A stretch of DNA of 64,000 nt from the human T2T-CHM13v2.0 reference genome, Homo sapiens. How positions within the stretch are numbered: position 1 is the stretch's first letter; each line of letters begins with the position of its first letter. The stretch lies in NCBI RefSeq assembly GCF_009914755.1, contig NC_060934.1, one strand, 5' to 3'. The notes below the pieces were generated by a model, which saw nothing but the letters and a program-made list of their open reading frames with translations, was not told where the DNA came from and searched no databases. The position numbers and the translations under genes were made by a program. Positions 27,300 through 43,307 of this stretch are shown here, piece by piece.

Positions 27300-28300
27300 T
27301 AATAAATTCCAAAAAAGTTGTGCTTCTGACGAAGCCAGAGACATAAACAGGGGTGCAGCTTTTGCTAAGATGTTTTAAGGATTTTGGAATATAGGAACGT
27401 TGATTATGCCATGGAATGGTTTTAAGTGAGAGAATGTCAGAATCAGATTTATATTACAGGTTGATTGTTCTGGCCACGGTGTGAAACATGGATTGGAAGG
27501 GACAAGGCTAACATGGTAAGACTGGCTAGAGTTGTCTTACAGTAATCCAGGAGAGAGATTTGCATGTTTTGGACTAAGACAATCGCAATAGGTAGGGAGA
27601 TAATGGATTTTGTGTTAAGAGTTAATTGAAAAGTAAAATACACTGTCCTCACGGACTTATTCTTTCAGAAGGTGAGAAAGCAGAGTCAAGGATGCATCTT
27701 GGGCTTTTTGCTAAACATGGATGTTGGTGGAAACGCTCATGGAGCTAGGGTATACCAGAGAAGCAGTAGGGCTGGAATCAGGTACCACTGTGGGGCATCT
27801 GGAGCTCAAGGTGCTTGTGGGGCATCTAAATAGAAGCATCTTCCAGGCAGCTCAGCTTCCAAATCTGTGACTGAGACTCAGAGATTTAGGAGTTTTCCCA
27901 AGGCGGTGATGATTTTCAAAAGGAAAAGGAAAAGAATCAGGAATGGAAGATGTCACTGAGTAATAGTATATTGAGTGCAAAAGAAGAAAGTCAAAATGGA
28001 GGGTTAAGGAGTGGTCACAGTTAAGGGATAATAAGAGAAAATTGAGTATCCAAATGAAATGAAATGAAAAGGAAAAATAGATGAACATGGTGTTATGGAA
28101 GCCCCTGGAAGAGAATGTTTCAAAATAGACGGAATTGTTGTGGTATCAAAGGCTGCTATGAGTTTAAATAATGGAAAAGTCTGAGTGTCTAAGCGTTTAT
28201 TGGTTTAAATACTAAAAAGTTTGTCTATCTTTAGAGAGATCAATGTAATTGTGGCACTAGGGGCAGAAGTCAGATTGCACTGGCTGGAGGGGCAGTTTAC
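27300..28300. mobile_element. L2 remnant
   Basis: Purine-rich L2-like motifs (ggggcatctaaatagaag, ggggcagaagtcagattgc); boundaries approximate. Confidence 0.5.
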
Positions 28301-28339
28301 TAGTAATAATAGCTATGACTGTTAAGAATGTACATTATG

Positions 28340-28436
28340 TTGGGAAGTGGAGGCAGGCAGATCACTTGAGGCCAGGAGTTCGAGACCAGCCTGGCCAACG
28401 TGGCAAAACCCCATCTCTACTAAAAAACAACAAAAA
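28340..28436 (+). mobile_element. Alu left-monomer-only insertion
   Basis: gaggcaggcagatcacttgaggccaggagttcgagaccagcctggccaac...tctactaaaa; 16-bp TSD aagaa(tg/ca)tacattatg at 28324-28339 and 28437-28452. Confidence 0.88.
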
Positions 28437-28678
28437 AAGAACATACATTATGCCCTGTGCTCAAAGCCAGTTTGGATATTATCAGAGTCAGGTTATTATT
28501 GAGGAAGCTGAGGTTAGGTAACTTTCTCAAGATGATACAATATTAACAGAGAACTGTTGAGATTTGAACCTGGTCTCTCTGATGCCAAAGACTTTTCATT
28601 ACAATATTTCTGTCCACTTGACTGGAAGATGATAAACCTTCTGTGGGAGAAATATTTGCTCAAGGACCTTTGGGGCTA

Positions 28679-30981
<2,303 letters not shown>

Positions 30982-31044
30982 TATGATGTTAGCTGGCTAT
31001 TTTGCTTGTTAGTTGATGCAGTTTCTTCCTAGCCTTGATGATCT

Positions 31045-31315
31045 TTACAATTTGGCCTGATTTTGCAGTGGCTGGTACCGGTTGTTCCTTTCCATGTTTA
31101 GTGCTTCCTTCAGGAGCTCTTTTAGGGCAGTCCTGGTGGTGACAAAATCTCTCAGCATTTGCTTGTCTGTAAAGTATTTTATTTCTCCTTCACTTATGAA
31201 GCTTAGTTTGGCTGGATATGAAAATCTGGGTTGAAAATTCTTTTCTTTAAGAATGTCAAATATTGGCCCCCACTCTCTTCTGACTTGTAGAGTTTCTGCC
31301 GAGAGATCCCCTGTT

Positions 31316-31317
<2 letters not shown>
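31045..31317 (-). pseudogene. L1 ORF1 C-terminal fragment
   Basis: DLSAETLQVRREWGPIF...YPAKLSFISEGEIKYFTDKQMLRDFVTTR is the ORF1p C-terminal domain. Confidence 0.92.
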
Positions 31318-33090
<1,773 letters not shown>

Positions 33091-33538
33091 GGGAATTGAA
33101 CAATGAGATCGCATGGACACAGGAAGGGGAACATCACACTCTGGGGACTGTTGTGGGGTGGGGGAAGGTGGGAGGGATAGCATTAGGAGATATATCTAAT
33201 GCTAAATGACGAGTTAATGGGTGCAGCACACCAGCATGGCACATGTATATATATGTAACTAACCTGCACATTGTGCACATATACCCTAAAACTTGAAGTA
33301 TAATAATAAAAAAAAAAAAGTTCCCGGTGCTTAAAAGATGGACATCAAAAATGAAACCTTCTTCTATATGCTTCTAGCCTTGCCCCCTATTTTTACCTCA
33401 ATTCGACAATGAGAGACTAAATCAGGAGAAAAGTTAATACAAGTATTTTTTACAGAGGCCCAGATGCTCCTTTATGTGCTATGGTGTACAAATACAGATG
33501 ACTTATTTATGATTAAAGTTATTATATTTATTATTTCC

Positions 33539-33579
33539 TACTAACTCTGTCTGTATATGTCCCTCTATCCTTTCTTTAG
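33539..33579 (+). promoter_or_regulatory. Branch point (TACTAAC, branch A at 33544), polypyrimidine tract and 3' splice site
   Basis: Perfect TACTAAC at 33539-33545, with the branch A 36 nt upstream of the exon and no other AG before the acceptor AG at 33578-33579. Confidence 0.8.
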
Positions 33580-33738
33580 ATTATGCTTCTCAGTGATCCT
33601 GAGATGGAGAGCAGCATATTGATCAGCTCAGACGAAGGGGCGACCTATCAGAAGTATCGGCTCACCTTCTATATCCAGAGCCTGCTCTTTCATCCCAAGC
33701 AAGAGGACTGGGTGCTGGCCTACAGTTTGGATCAAAAG
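33580..33738 (+). CDS. SORCS3: Internal coding exon of SORCS3 (VPS10-domain receptor), probably exon 4; encodes IMLLSDPEMESSILISSDEGATYQKYRLTFYIQSLLFHPKQEDWVLAYSLDQK
   Basis: The peptide has a BNR/Asp-box motif (SSDEGATY) typical of the VPS10 propeller and matches SORCS3 as I recall it (SORCS1 has TDPEIESSLL/LNFY/WILAYSQ instead). Flanked by a pyrimidine tract plus AG (tccctctatcctttctttag) and donor AAG|gtgaat; 159 nt = 53 whole codons. Exon number is from memory. Confidence 0.93.
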
Positions 33739-33911
33739 GTGAATAAATACTATTTTCATTTACTTCTTGTCATCCAGGTACCACCATGTGAAAATCACTT
33801 GCTTGCTTAATCCACATTTTGGAGGGAATTCAGTGACATTTCATCATTCCAACCCAAATCATTTCATCATTGATTTTGTCTGCAGCAACTAACTTTCCTT
33901 TCTGCTCTTAA

Positions 33912-34265
<354 letters not shown>

Positions 34266-34599
34266 TATTTCACATTTTTAAAATGACTTTCTTTATAATT
34301 TTACTCATTTGACCTTATTCAAAACAACCCTGTGAAAGAAGTAGGACATACATAATATTTTATAGTGACATAGTAAACGAAAGTACAGAAAAGCTATGGC
34401 TTATTCAAACCCTCCAAGCTAGAAGCTAGGAGCCAGGGCTTAAGTACATGTTATCAGATTCCACCTCGAGGCATATTCCATCACACTATGCCACCTTGAT
34501 TTGGTGACATTGGAATATACCATTGCTCTTAGTTGAGTTATAGAAGGGAAGCTTCAAACAAAGTCCATTTTGTTATTTTCTAAAAATACATTAAAGATC

Positions 34600-35510
34600 T
34601 AGTGACCCCAATAAGACCTCCTTCTTGAGCTCCAAATACGTATATTCAGCTGCATACATAGCATTGTCTGTCTCTTGTATGCCTCAAAACCTCTCAACTC
34701 AATGTATTCTAGAAATGAACTGGAGATCTCGCCCCAGCATAGCTGGCTCTCTTCCAGTATTCCCTATCTCTAGCCATTTAATTGCAAAATTAGAAACCTA
34801 GGGAGTATCTTTAATATTTCCTTGTTCTAAACCCACCATCTGTGATCAATCATGGGATCTAATACCTTTTTATTCCATCCACTTCTTTCTGTTACCACTT
34901 CTAAATATCTTTTGATTCCATCCTCTTCTTTCTGTTACCACCACTACTCAAATATAAGTTTTGTTTGTCATCTGAACGATTGCTAGAGTCTCTTCCAGTA
35001 TGTTAATACTACAACCTGAAAAAATATTTCCCAAATATAATGATTGTGTGCCTTTGCTTAAACCCTTCTCACATTTCCTCTTTGTTCACAAACTAAAGAC
35101 CACAGTCCCCAGTAGATATTACCAGCCCCTGCCTGATCTGGTCCCTCCTTCTCTCTCCTGGTTCACTGTTATCACTTCCCCTTGAATCTTTCAGTTGCTT
35201 GCCCTACCTCTGCCCCTTGCTCCCTTCCCTGTGCCTGGAATTCTCTTCTTTAATGTAAGTCTCATCATCGTCAGATCTCAGATCCAGCATCACTTCCTCA
35301 GGACACCTTCCGTAAACTCCCTGATGAAATCAAATCCCTTTTGATGTTCTTTTTCGTAGCACTATGTATCCCTCATTCAGAACACTTGTCACAAATGAGA
35401 TTTTGTGTTGATTTTTGGGGTCATCTGCATTCCTCACTAGATTACAAGCTCTATCTTGTAATCAGTCCTCAGTGTCTATCCGTTAGATGAATGAATTAGT
35501 GGATGAATGC
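34600..35510. mobile_element. L2 remnant
   Basis: cttgagctccaaatac, cactagattacaagctc, gatgaatgaat tail. Confidence 0.6.
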
Positions 35511-38500
35511 TTAAATTCTGTAGTTCTCTATATTTGATCAACTTATACTTAAGAAAAGACATTTTAGATGATTTCCTCTTTGTATTTCCTGACATCTCCA
35601 GAATCGTACTACAGTGCTTGATGCCAAACTATTATGTAATAATGTTGTGGAATCAATCAGTGAAAGGAAACAGATAATTCTGAGCACTGTCTTACATAGA
35701 GATATCCACAGAACAACCTTGGTTGAAATAGCTTCTTCACTCTGCTCTCTTAAATACTGAAACAGTTGCTCCTCAGTGTATATTTGAATATGTGATTGTG
35801 AATTTGTGTTTGTGTGTGTGTGTGTGTGCATGCGATCATGTGATGTCAGCACCTTTAAACAATAATTTCAACATAACCTTTCTATGTCTCGTTAACCAAG
35901 CCTCATGGTGGGTGCCAGGTGCTTAATGCCATCCCCTAAGGACACCCACATGACATTTGCAGAGGAAAAGCCACTGCAAATATATTTCTTTCATGGCATC
36001 AAGTGGATATTGTATGAAAGACTTAGCCAAATGTCAGATAGTCTGTGACTTTAGAGGCTTAGTATAGCCAGAAATTTTGAAACAGTATTGAAAAAAGTAA
36101 ATTATTCAGATGTCATTAAATGGTTGGATGGTAATTTATTTATAAGAAGCTCAGACCTCTTAAAGCTTATTTTTATTTCTATAGAGGCAAGCTGGGTTAG
36201 AGGCAACAGACTACTCATACCAAGAGGTTGATAAACCAAATGCAATATGTCTCCTGTGTATCTAAGAGTATCCTTTGCCTCCATCTCCACAGCACTGAGA
36301 ACATCTGGGGCATTGCTCATGAAGTACCCTTATGGATATAATGCATTCAAAATACTTTCAGACTTGGTGGCTGCTCTTTCACTTGCTAAAAATATTTGAA
36401 AATGTGGCAGTGGGTGTTGATGGATTTTTCTAATCACACTGCACATTTCTAGATATATTATTCCTTAGGTACTCTTTCTTGTTGACATCTTTTGCGTAAA
36501 GTGGCTGAATGTTCTTCAGGCCCATAAAGTTTCTAACCAGTGCTTGGCCGTTCTTCTTTTAAATAAATGATGTGTGAAAGCAGATGATGCCCCTGGCAAC
36601 ACTTGCAGAGATGGCATAAAACACCTAGCCCCAGTCATCCAGGTTGCAGAAGAGTTTTTCTTTATTTTGGGGGTAATTTAGTAGTTTAGAGTCAAGGAGA
36701 GTGATGCTGTGCAGCAGCAAATGAAAATGCAAGTGTAGTTGAGATTGATATACAAATGTGTTATTTCAGACTAGAGCCTTCTCTGATGTGCATGCATGAA
36801 GGCAGCTGTTTCCTTCTAGAGAAAATGAAAAGTGCTAGTATTAAGGTAACTGCAGCATCAAAGGGAGATGTTTGTGGTGAGGAGTGAATCGATGTTTCCA
36901 TTATTGTGCCTTTGATGAAATGCACTAGAAATTTCTTTAGAGTTGGTAAGGCTATCTCGTTATGTTGTATGTATTACAAAAGACCTAATTGAATGATATT
37001 TTAAAAGGACAGTATCCAATTGCTTTACTTTCCCAAATGCTACCCCAAAGCTACAGAAGACTTGCCAGTAGATCTCACTCAGTAAAGGCACTGCTGGAGA
37101 ATTAAAGAAATACCTTGTGGATAAAACAAAATTGCATCTAGAAATCGAGAGATGCACATCACACTCTGCTAGTGATATGTGGCTGTTGGGTTGTGAGTTA
37201 ACTGGGAAACATGTCTACCTGATACCGGCCAAGGCCTGGGTGTGGGGAAGATCTTCTGAGTCCTCCAAAGCTGCAAAGGGGTGGGGGGCAGATGTACCTT
37301 CCATTTGACCTTGCTGGAGGGTCATACCTCTGCAATCCTGATGCACCCCAGTCTACTAAAGTCCTTTCTGATTTCTGGTCAGCTTAATTTGGGCATTTGA
37401 TCAATTCCTTCTCTTCTGACCATCTTATGAGCTTCCCCACTCCTTCTACCTCCCATGCCAGCTCCTTCTCTGGCCTATAGATTCTCCTGCCATCTTGCAT
37501 TTTAATTTAAAAGGACTCAGTAAAGACAAGAGATTCATTCTTGGGTATCTTTGTAGATATTTTATAAGAATTCCTGAAGTTTAAAAAAGCAGTGGAAGTA
37601 ATAGGTTATGGTTGACCAAATTGGAAATGACAAAAGAAAAGCTACTCTCCTCCCTCCATCTTAGAACAAAAGCTCTATAACTTCTTTTGAGGGCTGTGTC
37701 TTTGTCAGTTATTTAAGTGGTAGGATTCTCTTTTGTTTCCATCAGGCTATTTCCTCACTGATGACTGAAACAGCTTACACTGTGATGTGTTTAGATTAGC
37801 TGGAGGGCTCAATAATCTTATTAAAACTGAGACTTTTGGAAAGATTTTGAGATAGGTTTTGAAGACAGTGCAATCCTAGAAATATAGCTGCTGTTCTCAT
37901 TGCTGTACAGAGCTGAATGTTTAAACATTCCTCATTTTGACAAGAGACTGCAGTTTTTAAAAAAATGGGCACATGCTCATGTATTCACAGATGCATACAT
38001 CCTGGCACAGGGGGCCTTCCGTAGGAGATGGAGAGCTGAAAATAGCTATTTTTTTTCTGCGTGAGAGGTAGGATTGCAAAGCTCTCTAATACCGTTTATA
38101 TTCTTGGCAAAATGAAACTTTAACAGATACAGCTGGGTTTGGAGATCAGAGATGAGCTCAATGGGATTGCAGACTCCATTGTTTTCAGACACTTCTGGGC
38201 CACAGTGGTCTAGAATTGCCCATAATTTTGATGTAAAAAGCACTTTCTGAAATGCTAGCACACATAATGAAGGGTTGCTGTTATAGTATTAATAGTTGGG
38301 GAGTGGGCATGCAGCTAAGGATTTTTGTTGATCACCTCCTATCCGACAAGATCAATAGTAGCTGACGGATTGACAGACTGGTTAAGCAGCTGATGCAGTG
38401 TTAGGCGTGGTAGCTGGCAACACAGGACCCAGTACAGAGGAGGTGCTTGTCCCACGCAGGCTTTGCCAATTGGACTGTAACTGGGGCAGGTGCTGGAGTG

Positions 38501-39244
38501 TATCTGGATTTCAGAGGGCCTAAAAATTCAAAAGGAAATGTAAACTTGACTTCTGGAATGCTGGATCCAAAGAAACTGTGACTTTCATTTATATTCTCAT
38601 TTAAAACCCTCAGATTAAAAATGTAATTTTGTTGAGATCCTCCAGGATTAGTAGGCGATGATAAGTTTCTCAGTAGCTATTGGCAGAAACAGGCTTCCTG
38701 TCTCCTCACCTGGTGGAGATAAAGCTTCTGGGGATTAACTAGGGATGACCATGGCTTTGAAGCTTTTCCTCTGAGGAATATGAGTGGGACTGAAGGGCAC
38801 TTTTCACTTAAAGAAAAACATTGCATTTTTATTAGGTCCTTTTCCATTCTTATAAAAATGATTTATATATAATTTAAGAGAAATATCTCTAGCTCTGCTC
38901 ACCTACAGCAAGTGGCCACTGCTCTTACAGGTGTCTCATTAGTACAATGGAGGTGTGCTATCTTCATCACCATAGAAACACCAGGAGGTAGAGCAACCAC
39001 CTAATGGGTGTGGCCCATAATCAGAGATACCCTGTGATATTTGAATGTTACCACTGATCTATTTGAGCAGAGTTCTGAATGACAGAACTGGTTTAATGTT
39101 AGCTATGAACTTGTATTCAGTGAGAGAAGGGCAGTAAGGATCTCCATTCATGTCAGTGTTGTTTTCAAGAACATTCATTCGAATGAACAACCTTTAGCAA
39201 AATGTGGCTCTGGTGGCCTGTGTCACCCCAAGCATGCTTTTTCT

Positions 39245-39550
39245 TTTCTTTTTTAATTTTTTGAAATGGAGTCTTGCTCTGTTACCCATGCTGGAGTAAA
39301 GTGATGCAATATTGGTTCACTGCAACCTCCATCTCCTCGATTCAAGCGATTCTTGGGTTCAAGCCTCCTGAGTAGCTGGGATTACAGGCACCTGCCACCA
39401 GACCCGGCTAATTTTTATATTTTTATGTAGAGATGAGGTTTTGCCATGTTAGTCAGGCTGGTCTCAAGCTCTTGACCTCAGGTGATCTGCCCTCCTCGGC
39501 CTCCCAAAATATTTGAATTTACAGGTGTGAACCATGCACCGCACCCAGCC
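39245..39550 (-). mobile_element. AluS
   Basis: 17-bp perfect TSD ccaagcatgctttttct at 39228-39244 and 39551-39567. Confidence 0.93.
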
Positions 39551-40944
39551 CCAAGCATGCTTTTTCTATATGATGTCCTAGACTTTCTGGTCTCTTCTTC
39601 ACCTTCTTGGTGTCCATTTTAGTAACCTGATACATTTATTAGAGGGAAAATCACATTTGCTGAAATGGAAGATACGGCATGTATATGCTTTAAGAAGGGT
39701 ACTCAGGCAGGCAACAGTACCTTTCCCAAAGCAATTATGTTCCCATGATAGAAATTCAGCCATGGCAGTGTTTTAGTTAAGATAGGTGGCTCCAGCCACA
39801 GGTGCTCCAGGAGGTAGAGCAATGCAGCCTCAGGTTTCCCTGTGTACTTTCATCTGCTGCCTCTATGAGCTGACCTTGTCTTTATGTACGTGCTGTTTTT
39901 TTCTGTTAATAACACTGCCCTAGTGCTGACTACTTTGCTTGAATCCAGATCCTAGATTTCTCGTTTTCCAGTTGGACTCAGGAATTCTTCTGCTTGTCCC
40001 TTCCTTTGCAAGTCCCTATGACCTTAAGCTCTTGTCTGCCCGACCAGGCCAGGCCACTTATGCTCCCTCCATTCTCTGCCTATATCTTGACCACTCACTG
40101 TGGTATGAAGGCACCTGGCCTTTTAAACTCAGGGTCATTCTTTCAATTTTAAAAATGGGATTTTAACATACATACCGAAAAGCATACATCTCATGAGTCT
40201 GATGAATTTTCATTAACTGAATACACTCATGAAACCAGCAACCTGATCAAGAAACACCACTGGCATCTGAGAATTACTTGCGTGCTTTTTCAGCCACTAC
40301 CTTCCACCCTCAGTGGAGCCACTCTCCGTCAAGGTCATTTTTTATTTCATGCAGACAAACTAGGAAAGCAACAGATAGAAAATAAGTTTTCTCAAAAGAA
40401 ATGTTAGAAGGTAGCAAGGGAGGTAAACAATAGAGAAGAAGAAATACTTTAAATGTTAATATTAGAGAACTAGACTAAACCAAATACAAGAATTTATTGA
40501 CATTCAGTAATCCCAGTTAATCAAGAAAATTCATAAGGACAATTTGAAAAAATTTTCATTTAAAATTAACAGGTTTCAGTTTTTAAAATGTATCACTTTC
40601 TGTACGATAATTATAATACCCAGTGTCGGGTATTATATTTTGAAATAGTATTGATGGGTGTGCAAATGAATTTTCCTTCCTGGAAAATATCTTGGCAATA
40701 TATATCAGAAAACATACACATATTCATAACTTTAACCCAATGGTTCAGTTCAGAAGCTCTAGGCATAACAATGCTTATCAAAGTCATTTATAATGGGAAA
40801 AACTAGGAAGAAACTTACTGCCTAACATTAAGGGACTTTAAATTATGGTATATACATTTACTGGGGTATTATGCAACCATTAAAATAGTGACCATAATAT
40901 CCATGTAGCGACATAGGTATATATTAATACCTATTAAATACATA

Positions 40945-43307
40945 CAGGCGTATCTTGGAGATATTGTGGGTTCAGTTCCAGGCCACTAAAATGAAGCAAA
41001 TATCACAATATAGCAAGTCATGTGAACTTTTTGGTTTCCCCATGCGTATAAAAGTTATTTTTATGCTATACTGTAGTCTATTAAGTGTATAATTGCATTA
41101 CGTCTAAAAAATGTACATATCTCAACTTAAAAATACCTTATTGCTAAAAAATGCTAATGATCATCTGAGCCTTAAGCAAATTATAATCTTTTTGCTGCTG
41201 GAGGATCTTACCTTGTTATAGATGACTCCTAAGGGTGGTGGTTGCTGAAGACTGGGGTGGCTGTGGTGATTTCTTAAAATGAGGTAACAGTGAAGTTTGC
41301 TGCACTGACAACTCTTCGTTTCAGGAAAGATTTTTCTGTAACATGCAATGCTGTTTGACAGTTTTTTACCCACAGTATAACTTCTTTCAAAATTGGAGTC
41401 AATCCTCTCCAGCCCTGCAACCCTGATAAATCTTGCTTTATCAACTACGTTTATGGAATATTTAAAATTCTTTCTTGTCATTTCAACAATGTTTACAGCA
41501 TCTTTACTAAGAGTAGATTCCATCTCAAGAAACCACTTTCTTGGCTCATCTGTAAGTAGCAACTCCTTATCTGTTCAAGTTTTATCATGATATTGCAGCA
41601 ATTTAGTCACTTCTTCAGGCTCCACTTATAATTCTACTATTCTTGCTATTTCTACTGTGTCTGCAGTTACTTCCCCCACTGAAGTCTTGAACCTCTCAAA
41701 GTCATCCATGAGAGTTGGAATCAACTTCTTTCAAGCTCCTGTTCATGTTGATATTTTGATCTCCTCCCATGAATGTTCTTAAAGGCATCTAGAATGATGA
41801 ATGCTTTCCAGGAGGTTTTCAATTTACTTTGCCCAGATCCATCAGAGAAATCACTGTCTATGGCAGCTATAGTCTTATGAAATGTATTTCTTAAAATAAT
41901 AAGACTTGAAAGTTGAAATTTCTATTTGATCCACGGTCTGCACAGTGGATATTGTGTTAACAGTCATGAAAATAACAATCTATTTGTAAATCTCCATCAG
42001 AGCTCTTGAGTGACCAGGTGCATTGTTAATAAGCAGTAATAGTTTGGGAGGAATCTTTTTTTCTTAGTAGTAGGTCTCAACAGTGGGCTTAAAATATTCA
42101 GTAAACTATACTTAAACAGATGTGCTGTCATGCAGGCTTTGCTGGTCCATTTATAGAGCACAGGCAGAGGAGATTTAGCATAATTTTTAAGGGCCCTAGG
42201 ATTTTTCAAATCATAAGTGAGCATTGACTTCAACTTAAAGTCGTCAGCAGCGTTAGCCTGGGTGAGTCTTCCGTCCTTTGAAGCTTTGAAGCCAGGCATT
42301 GACTTCTCCTCTCTAGCTGTGAAAGTCCTAGATGACACTGTCTTCCAATAGAAGGCTGCTCATTGAAAATCTTGTTTTGTGTATCCGCCATCATCCATGA
42401 TCTTAGCTAGATCTTCTGGATAACTTGCTGCAACTTCTCCATCAGCACTTGCTGCTTTACCTTTCACTTGTATGTTATGGAGATGGCTTATTTCCTTCAA
42501 CCTCATGAACCAGCTTCTGCTACTTCAAACTTTTCTTCTGTAGCTTCTTCACCTCTCTCAGCCTTCATAGAATTGAAGAGAGGGCTTTGTTCCAGATTAG
42601 GCTTTAGCTTAATGGAATGTTGTGGGTGATTTGATCTTGTATCTAGACCACTAAAACTTTCTTTATATCAGCAATAAGGCTGTTTAATTTTCTTATCATT
42701 TGTGTGTTCACTGGAGTAGGACTTGTAATTTCCTTCAAAAACTTTTCCTTTGCATTCACAATGTGGCTGTTTGGCGCAAGAGACTTCACTCTCAGCCTCC
42801 TGGCTTTCAACGTGCCTTCCTTACTGAGCTTAATCATCCCTAGCTTTTGATTTAAAGTGAGAAACATGCAACTCTTTCACATGAACACTTAGAAGCCATT
42901 GTAGGGCTATAAATTGGCCTGATTTGAATGTTGTTATGTCTTAGGGAATAGGGGTGCCTGAAGACAGGGAGAGAGATAGGAGAATTGTCAGTAGATGGAG
43001 CATTAGGACACACATATTTATGGATTAAGTGAACCATTTTCTACAGGTGTAATTTGTGGTGCACCTATACAAAACAATTACAATGATAACATCAAAGAAC
43101 ACTGATCACAGATCATCATAACAGATATAATAATAATGAAAAAGTTTGCAATGTTGTGAGAATTCCAAAAATATGGTGTAGAAACACAAAGTAGGCACAT
43201 ACTCTTGGAAAAATGGTGCTGATAGACTTGCTTGATGTAGTTGCCACAAACTTTAAATTTGTAAAAACCCCAATATCTGTGAAGCACAATGAAATGATGT
43301 ATGCCTG
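40945..43307 (-). mobile_element. Near full-length Tigger1 (TcMar/pogo) DNA transposon with decayed transposase
   Basis: Ends caggcgtatc... and ...gtatgcctg are inverted repeats flanked by TA (40943-40944, 43308-43309); length 2363 bp. Minus-strand fragments [40 protein letters not shown] and [11 protein letters not shown] match Tigger1 transposase. Confidence 0.93.

Noticed and set aside
33583-33810. 75-aa ORF as a stand-alone small gene
   Set aside because: It is the SORCS3 exon plus intron read-through; similarity stops exactly at the GT donor.
41161-43037. Tigger-derived ORFs as a domesticated TIGD/CENP-B-like gene
   Set aside because: Multiple frameshifts and stops, and the element keeps its termini like a neutral fossil.
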